Assembly: GCA_964016885.1 (NCBI GenBank)
Contig: OZ024743.1
Location: 210,242,001-210,306,000 of the forward strand
Source: Eledone cirrhosa
Lineage: Eukaryota
DNA length: 64,000 bases
Direction of reading: 5' to 3'
Part shown: one piece after another, positions 56,101-64,000 of the stretch
Layout: every line of letters begins with the position of its first letter
Position numbering within the stretch: the first letter of the stretch is position 1
Made by a program: the position numbers and the translations under genes
The notes under the pieces: generated by a model
Databases searched by the model: none
The model's input: only the letters and a program-made list of their open reading frames with translations
Told to the model about the DNA's origin: nothing

Positions 56101-59100
56101 CAGATGAAAGCTCTTCACTCCATAAGATATACCACAGTTTACCATCCTATCGCCACACATGAAAGCTCTTCAATCCATAAGATATACCCCAGTTTACCAT
56201 CCTATAGCCAGATGAAAGCTCTTCACTCCATAAGATATACCACAGTTTACCACCCTATAGCCACAGATGAAAGCTCTTCACTCCATGAGATATACCACAG
56301 TTTACAATCCTATAGCCACAGATGAAAGCTCTTCACTCCATAAGATATACCACAGTTTACCATCCTATAGCCACACATGAAAGCTCTTCACTCCATAAGA
56401 TATACCACAGTTTACCATCCTATAGTCAAGCCACGGATGAAAGCTCTTCACTCCATAAGATATACCACAGTTTACCATCCTATAGTCACACATGAAAGCT
56501 CTTCACTCCATAAGATATACCACAGTTTACCATCCTATAGCCACAGATGAAAGCTCGTCACTCCATAAGATATACCACAGTTTACCATCCTATAGCCACA
56601 GATGAAAGCTCTTCACTCCATAATATATACCACAGTTTACCATCCTATAGCCACAGATGAAAGCTGTTCACTCCATAAGATATACCACAGTTTACCATCC
56701 TATAGCCACACATGAAAGCTCTTCACTCCATAAGACATACCACAGTTTACCATCCTATAGCCACACATGAAAGCTCTTCAATCCATAAGATATACCACAG
56801 TTTACCATCCTATAGCCAGATGAAAGCTCTTCACTCCATAAGATATACCACAGTTAACCATCCTATAGCCACAGATGAAAGCTCTTCACTCCAAAAGATA
56901 TACCACAGTTTACCATCCTATAGCCACAGATGAAAGCTGTTCACTCCATAAGATATACCATAGTTTACCATCCTATAGCCACACATGAAAGCTCTTCACT
57001 CCATAAGATATACCACAGTTTACCATCCTATAGCCACAGATGAAAGCTGTTCACTCCATAAGATATACCACAGTTTACCATCCTATAGCCAGATGAAAGC
57101 TCTTCACTCCATAAGATATACCACAGTTTACCATCCTAAAGCCACAGATGAAAGCTCTTCACTCCATAAGATATACCACAGTTTACCATCCTATAGCCAC
57201 AGATGAAAGCTGTGTACTCCATAAGATATACCACAGTTTACCATCCTATATCCAGATGAAAGCTCTTCACTCCATAAGATATACCACAGTTTACCATCCT
57301 ATAGCCACAGATGAAAGCTGTTCACTCCATAAGATATACCACAGTTTACCATCCTATAGCCAGATGAAAGCTCTTCACTACATAAGATATACCACAGTTT
57401 ACCATTCTAAAGCCACAGATGAAAGCTCTTCACTCCATAAGATATACCACAGTTTACCATCCTATAGCCACAGATGAAAGCTCTTAACTCCATAAGATAT
57501 ACCACAGTTTACCATCCTATAGCCACAGATGAAAGCTCTTCACTCCATAAGATATACCACAGTTTACCATCCTATAGCCACAGATGAAAGCTCTTCACTC
57601 CATAAGATATACCACAGTTTACCATCCTATAGCCGCAGATGAAAGCTCTTCACCCCATAAGATATACCACAGTTTACCATCCTATAGCCACACATGAAAG
57701 CTCTTCACTCCATAAGATATACCACAGTTTACCATCCTATAGCCACAGATGAAAGCTCTTCACCCCATAAGATATACCACAGTTTACCATCCTATAGCCA
57801 CACATGAAAGCTCTTCACTCCATAAGATATACCACATTTTACCATCCTATAGCCACACATGAAAGCTCTTCACTCCATAAGATATACCACAGTTTACCAT
57901 CCTATAGCCACACATGAAAGCTCTTCACGCCATAAGATATACCTCAGTTTACCATCCTATAGCCACAGATCAAAGCTCTTCACTCCATAAGATATACGAC
58001 AGTTTACCATCCTATAGCCACACATGAAAGCTCTTCACTCCATAAGATATACCTCAGTTTACCATCCTATAGCCACAGATGAAAGCTGTTCACTCCATAA
58101 GATATACCACAGTTTACCATCCTATGGCCACACATGAAAGCTCTTCACCCCATAAGATATACCACAGTTTACCACCCTATAGCCAGATGAAAGCTCTTCA
58201 CTCCGTAAAATATACCACAGTTTACCATCCTATAGCCACACATGAAAGCTCTTCACTCCATAAGATATACCACAGTTTACCATCCTATAGCCAGAGATGA
58301 AAACTGTTCACTCCATAAGATATACGACAGTTTACCATCCTATAGCCACAGATTAAAGCTGTTCACACCATAAGATATACGACAGTTTACCATCCTATAG
58401 CCAGATGAAAGCTCTTCACTCCATAAGATATACCACAGATTACCATCCTATAGCCACAGATGAAAGCTGTTCACTCCATAAGATATACCACAGTTTACCA
58501 TCCTATAGCCAGATGAAAGCTCTTCACTCCATAAGATATACCACAGTTTACCATCCTATAGCCACAGATGAAAGCTCTTCACTCCATAAGATATACCACA
58601 GTTTACCATCCTATAGCCACAGATGAAAGCTCTTCACTCCATAAGATATACCACAGTTTAACATCCTATAGCCACAGATGAAAGCTCTTCACTCCATACG
58701 ATATACCACAGTTTACCATCCTATAGCCACAGATGAAAGCTCTTCACTGCATAAGATATACCACAGTTTACCATCCTATAGCCACAGATGAAAGCTCTTC
58801 ACCCCATAAGATTTACCCCAGTTTACCATCCTATAGCCACACATGAAAGCTCTTCACTTCATAAGATATACCACAGTTTACCATCCTATAGCCACAGATA
58901 AAAGCTCTTCACCCCATAAGATATACCACAGTTTACCATCCTATAGCCACACATGAAAGCTCTTCACTCCATAAGATATACCACAATTTACCATCCTATA
59001 GCCACACATGAAAGCTCTTCACTCCATAAGATATACCACAGTTTACCATCCTATAGCCACACATGAAAGCTCTTCACTCCATAAGATATACCACAGTTTA

Positions 59101-60700
59101 CCATCCTATAGCCACACATGAAAGCTCTTCACTCCATGAGATATACCACAGTTTACCATCCTATAGCCACAGATGAAAGCTCTTCACCCCATAAGATATA
59201 CCACAGTTTACCATCCTATAGCCACAGATGAAAGCTCTTCACCCCATGAGATATACCACAGTTTACCATCCTATAGCCACACATGAAAGCTCTTCACTCC
59301 ATAAGATATACCACAGTTTACCATCCTATAGCCACACATGAAAGCTCGTCACTCCACAAGATAAACCACAGTTTACCATCCTATAGCCACACATGAAAGC
59401 TCTTCACGCCATAAGATATACCACAGTTTACCATCCTATAGCCAGAGATGAAAGCTCTTCACTCCATAAGATATACCACAGTTTACCATGCTATAGCCAC
59501 AGATGAAAGCTGTTCACTCCATAAGATATACCACAGTTTACCATCCTATAGCCACACATGAAAGCTCTTCACTCCATAAGATATACCACAGTCTACCATC
59601 CTATAGCCACAGATGAAAGCTCTTCACCCCATAAAATATACCACAGTTTACCATCCTATAACCACACATGAAAGCTCTTCACTCCATAAGATATACCACA
59701 GGTTACCATCCTATAGCCACACATGAAAGCTCTTCGCTCCATAAGATATACCACAGTTTACCATCCTATTGCCAGATGAAAGCTCTTCACTCCATAAGAT
59801 ATACCACAGTTTACCTTCCTATAGCCAGATGAAAGCTCTTCACTCCATAAGATATACCACAGTTTACCATCCTATAGCCACAGATGAAAGCTCTTCACTC
59901 CATAAGATATACCACAGTTTACCATTCTATAGCCACAGATGAAAGCTCTTCACTCCATAAGATATACGACAGTTTACCATCCTATAGCCACAGATGAAAG
60001 CTCTTCACCCCATAAGATATACCACAGTTTACCATCCTATAGCCACACATGAAAGCTCTTCACCCCATAAGATATACCACAGTTTACCATCCTATTGCCA
60101 CACATTAAAGCTCTTCACACCATAAGATATACGACAGATTACCATCCTATAGCCACAGATGAAAGCTGTTCACTGCATAAGATATACCACAGTTTACCAT
60201 CCTATAGCCAGATGAAAGCTCTTCACTCCATAAGATATACCACAGATTACCATCCTATAGCCACAGATGAAAGCTGTTCACTGCATAAGATATACCACAG
60301 TTTACCATCCTATAGCCAGATGAAAGCTCTTCACTCCATAAGATATACCACAGTTTACCATCCTATAGCCACAGATGAAAGCTCTTCACTCCATAAGATA
60401 TCCCACAGTATACCATCCTATAGCCACAGATGAAAGCTCTTCACTGCATGAGATATACCACAGTTTAACATCCTATAGCCACAGATAAAAGCTCTTCACT
60501 CCATACGATATACCACAGTTTACCATCCTATAGCCACAGATTAAAGCTCTTCACTCCATAAGATATACCACAGTTTACCATCCTATAGCCACAGATGAAA
60601 GCTCTTCACCCCATAAGATATACCCCAGTTTACCATCCTATAGCCACACATGAAAGCTCTTCACTCCATAAGATATACCACAGTTTACCATCCTATAGCC
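53100..60700. repeat. Collinear, rearranged copy of ~34200-42960
   Basis: Diagnostic cassettes occur in the same order. ORF pairs: 36034/53377, 37672/55888, 38611/56712, 39267/57148, 40581/58079, 40744/58405 and 42379/60095. Shared rare variants include CACAAATG..CCATTAG..CTATCGT, CTTAACTCC, GATTTACCCC and GTCTACC. Confidence 0.75.
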
Positions 60701-63700
60701 ACAGATAAAAGCTCTTCACCCCATGAGATATACCACAGTTTACCATCCTATAGCCACACATGAAAGCTCTTCACTCCATAAGATATACCACAGTTTACCA
60801 TCCTATAGCCACACATGAAAGCTCTTCACTCCATAAGATATACCACATTTTACCATCCTATAGCCACACATGAAAGCTCTTCACTCCATAAGATATACCA
60901 CAGTTTACCATCCTATAGCCACACATGAAAGCTCTTCACTCCATAAGATATACCACAGTTTACCATCCTATAGCCACAGATGAAAGCTCTTCACCCCATA
61001 AGATATACCACAGTTTACCATCCTATAGCCACAGATGAAAGCTCTTCACCCCAGGAGATATACCACAGTTTACCATCCTATAGCCACACATGAAAGCTCT
61101 TCACTCCATAAGATATACCACAGTTTACCATCCTATAGCCACACATGAAAGCTCGTCACTCCATAAGATATACCACAGTTTACCATCCTATAGCCACACA
61201 TGAAAGCTCTTCACGCATAAGATATACCACAGTTTACCATCCTATAGCCACAGATGAAAGCTCTTCACTCCATAAGATATGCCACAGTTTACCATGCTAT
61301 AGCCACTGATGAAAGCTGTTCACTCCATAAGATATACCACAGTTTACCATCCTATAGCCACACATGAAAGCTCTTCACTCCATAAGATATACCACAGTTT
61401 ACCATCCTATAGCCAGATGAAAGCTCTTCACTACATAAGATATACCACAGTTTACCATTCTAAAGCCACAGATGAAAGCTCTTCACTCCATAAGATATAC
61501 CACAGTTTACCATCCTATAGCCACAGATGAAAGCTCTTCACTCCATAAGATATACCACAGTTTACCATCCTATAGCCACAGATGAAAGCTCTTCACTCCA
61601 TAAGATATACCACAGTTTACCATCCTATAGCCACAGATGAAAGCTCTTCACTCCATAAGATATACCACAGTTTACCATCCTATAGCCGCAGATGAAAGCT
61701 CTTCACTCCATAAGATATACCACAGTTTACCATCCTATAGCCACAGATGAAAGCTCTTCACCCCATAAGATATACCACAGTTTACCATCCTATAGCCACA
61801 CATGAAAGCTCTTCACTCCATAAGATATACCACATTTTACCATCCTATAGCCACACATGAAAGCTCTTCACTCCATAAGATATACCACAGTTTACCATCC
61901 TATAGCCACACATGAAAGCTCTTCACGCCATAAGATATACCTCAGTTTACCATCCTATAGCCACAGATCAAAGCTCTTCACTCCATAAGATATACGACAG
62001 TTTACCATCCTATAGCCACAAATGAAAGCTCTTCACTCCATTAGATATACCTCAGTTTACCATCCTATAGCCACAGATGAAAGCTGTTCACTCCATAAGA
62101 TATACCACAGTTTACTATCGTATAGCCACACATGAGAGCTCTTCACTCCATAAGATATACCACAGTTTACCATCCTATGGCCACACATGAAAGCTCTTCA
62201 CCCCATAAGATATACCACAGTTTACCACCCTATAGCCAGATGAAAGCTCTTCACTCCGTAAAATATACCACAGTTTACCATCCTATAGCCACACATGAAA
62301 GCTCTTCACTCCATAAGATATACCACAGTTTACCATCCTATAGCCAGAGATGAAAGCTGTTCACTCCATAAGATATACCACAGTTTACCATCCTATAGCC
62401 ACACATGAAAGCTCTTCATTCCATAAGATATACCACAGTTTCCATCCTATAGCCAGATGAAAGCTCTTCACTCCATAAGATATACCACAGTTTACCATCC
62501 TATAGCAAGATGAAAGCTCTTCACTCCATAAGATATACGACAGTTTACCATCCTATAGCCACACATGAAAACTCTTCAATCCATAAGATATACCTCAGTT
62601 TACCATCTTATAGCCACAGATGAAAGCTCTTCACTCCATAAGATATACCACGGTTTACCATCCTATAGCCACACATGAAAGCTCTTCACGCCATAAGATA
62701 TACCTCAGTTTACCATCCTATAGCCACAGATGAAAGCTCTCCACTCCATAAGATATACCACAGTTTACCATCCTATAGCCACACATGAGAGCTCTTCACT
62801 CCATAAGATATACCACAGTTTACCATCCTATAGCAACAGATGAAAGCTCATCACTCCATAAGATATACCACAGTTTACCATCCTATAGCCACAGATGAAA
62901 GCTCTTCACTCCATAAGATATACCACAGTTTACCATCCTATAGCCACACATGAAAGCTCTTCACTCCATAAGATATACCACAGTTTACCATCCTATGGCC
63001 ACACATGAAAGCTCTTCACCCCATAAGATATACCACAGTTTACCATCCTATAGCCACACATGAAAGCTCTTCACTCCATAAGATATACCACAGTTTACCA
63101 TCCTATAGCCACAGATGAAAGCTCTTTACCCCATAAGATATACCACAGTTTACCATCCTATAGCCACACATGAAAGCTCTTCACGCCATAAGATATACCA
63201 CGGTTTACCATCCTATAGCCAGATGAAAGCTCTTCACTCCATAAGATATACCACAGTTTACAATCCTATAGCCACAGATGAAAGCTCTTCACTCCATAAG
63301 ATATACCACAGTTTACCATCCTATAGCCAGATGAAAGCTCTTCACTCCATAAGATATACCACAGTTTACCATTCTATAGCCACACATGAAAGCTCTTCAA
63401 TCCATAAGATATACCCCAGTTTACCATCCTATAGCCAGATGAAAGCTCTTCACTCCATAAGATATACCACAGTTTACCACCCTATAGCCACAGATGAAAG
63501 CTCTTCACTCCATGAGATATACCACAGTTTACAATCCTATAGCCACAGATGAAGGCTCTTCACTCCATAAGATATACCACAGTTTACCATCCTATGGCCA
63601 CAGATGAAAGCTCTTCACTCCATAAGATATACCACAGTTTACCATCCTATAGCCACAGATGAAAGCTCTTCACTCCATAAGATATACCACAGTTTACCAT

Positions 63701-64000
63701 CCTATAGCCACACATGAAAGCTCTTCACTCCATAAGATATACCACAGTTTACCATCCTATAGTCAAGCCACGGATGAAAGCTCTTCACTCCATAAGATAT
63801 ACCACAGTTTACCATCCTATAGTCACACATGAAAGCTCTTCACTCCATAAGATATAACACAGTTTACCATCCTATAGCCAGATGAAAGCTCTTCACTCCA
63901 TAAGATATACCACAGTTTACCATCCTATAGCCACAGATGAAAGCTCGTCACTCCATAAGATATACCACAGTTTACCATCCTATAGCCACAGATGAAAGCT

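Larger units (their letters stand above)
1..64000. repeat. Tandem satellite DNA array, 55-bp monomer, ~1,170 copies, single orientation, extends beyond both window edges
   Basis: The unit ATGAAAGCTCTTCACTCCATAAGATATACCACAGTTTACCATCCTATAGCCACA(G/C) recurs continuously. The first full monomer starts at 32, an exact consensus copy lies at 418-472, and the window ends in a partial monomer. No non-repeat sequence was seen. Confidence 0.99.
30270..64000. repeat. Right subfamily domain of the satellite
   Basis: Recurrent variants seen only here: CTCTCCAC (first ~30275), CTCGTCAC (first ~31548), CTGTGTACTCC (first ~32640), CATTCTAAAG (first ~32780), TAGCCGCAG (first ~32952) and GATCAAAG (first ~33290). 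The boundary is approximate. Confidence 0.75.

Noticed and set aside
859-63552. About 100 short + strand ORFs (MKALHSIRYTTVYHPIAT...) as a repetitive protein family
   Set aside because: They are arithmetic artefacts. Each 55-bp monomer shifts the frame by one, so translation from the monomer's ATG stops at AGA-TGA after two monomers unless a 53-mer restores frame. Lengths of 73, 109 and 145 aa differ by exactly 36 codons (108 bp). ORFs overlap in different frames, and the indels show no frame preservation.
1-64000. CRISPR array (TGAAAG..TTCA dyad resembles some direct repeats)
   Set aside because: There are no unique spacers, because the entire 55 bp is repeated. No cas genes or leader sequence are present in the window.
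1-64000. Telomerase-type telomeric repeat (G-rich minus strand)
   Set aside because: The 55-bp unit is longer than known telomerase-templated repeats and has no TTAGG(G)-like core. Variants are inherited in multi-kb blocks, which indicates recombinational amplification. A subtelomeric location cannot be excluded.
1-64000. Tandem RNA gene array (tRNA, 5S, SL RNA, snRNA) or hammerhead-ribozyme satellite
   Set aside because: The unit is too short, with no Pol III A/B boxes, cloverleaf or Sm site. GATGA and GAAA overlap here, rather than being separated by a stem as in the hammerhead core (CUGAUGA...GAAA).
1-64000. G-quadruplex array on the minus strand
   Set aside because: The consensus has only GG doublets with loops up to 8-10 nt and no G3 tracts, so stable G4 formation is not supported.
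1-64000. Variant order as an information-bearing code or diversity-generating cassette system
   Set aside because: The patterns are adequately explained by point mutation plus nested in-register duplication. No recombinase, reverse transcriptase or expression locus is present in the window.

Overview
The whole 64 kb window is one uninterrupted, head-to-tail satellite DNA array of roughly 1,170 monomers (64,000 / ~54.7), all in the same orientation. The window begins and ends mid-monomer. The 55-bp consensus is ATGAAAGCTCTTCACTCCATAAGATATACCACAGTTTACCATCCTATAGCC ACA(G/C), with an exact copy at 418-472; it is 40% GC, has 16 C versus 6 G on the + strand, and contains no CpG. Monomers typically differ from consensus by 0-3 substitutions, with recurrent length variants of 52, 53, 54, 59 and 60 bp. 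I see no genes, RNA genes, transposons or CRISPR spacers. All listed ORFs are reading-frame by-products of 55/53-bp monomer alternation (108 bp = 36 codons). The informative signal is the order of monomer variants. It records nested duplications from 108 bp up to multi-kb blocks (near-exact tandem copies of 1,309 and 2,254 bp, collinear blocks about 17-19 kb and 24 kb apart) and a switch between two variant subfamilies near 30-32 kb. I do not recognise the satellite family or the organism, although a eukaryotic heterochromatic array is the most likely context. I found no support for a novel protein-coding system here. All alignments were made by eye, so block boundaries are approximate.
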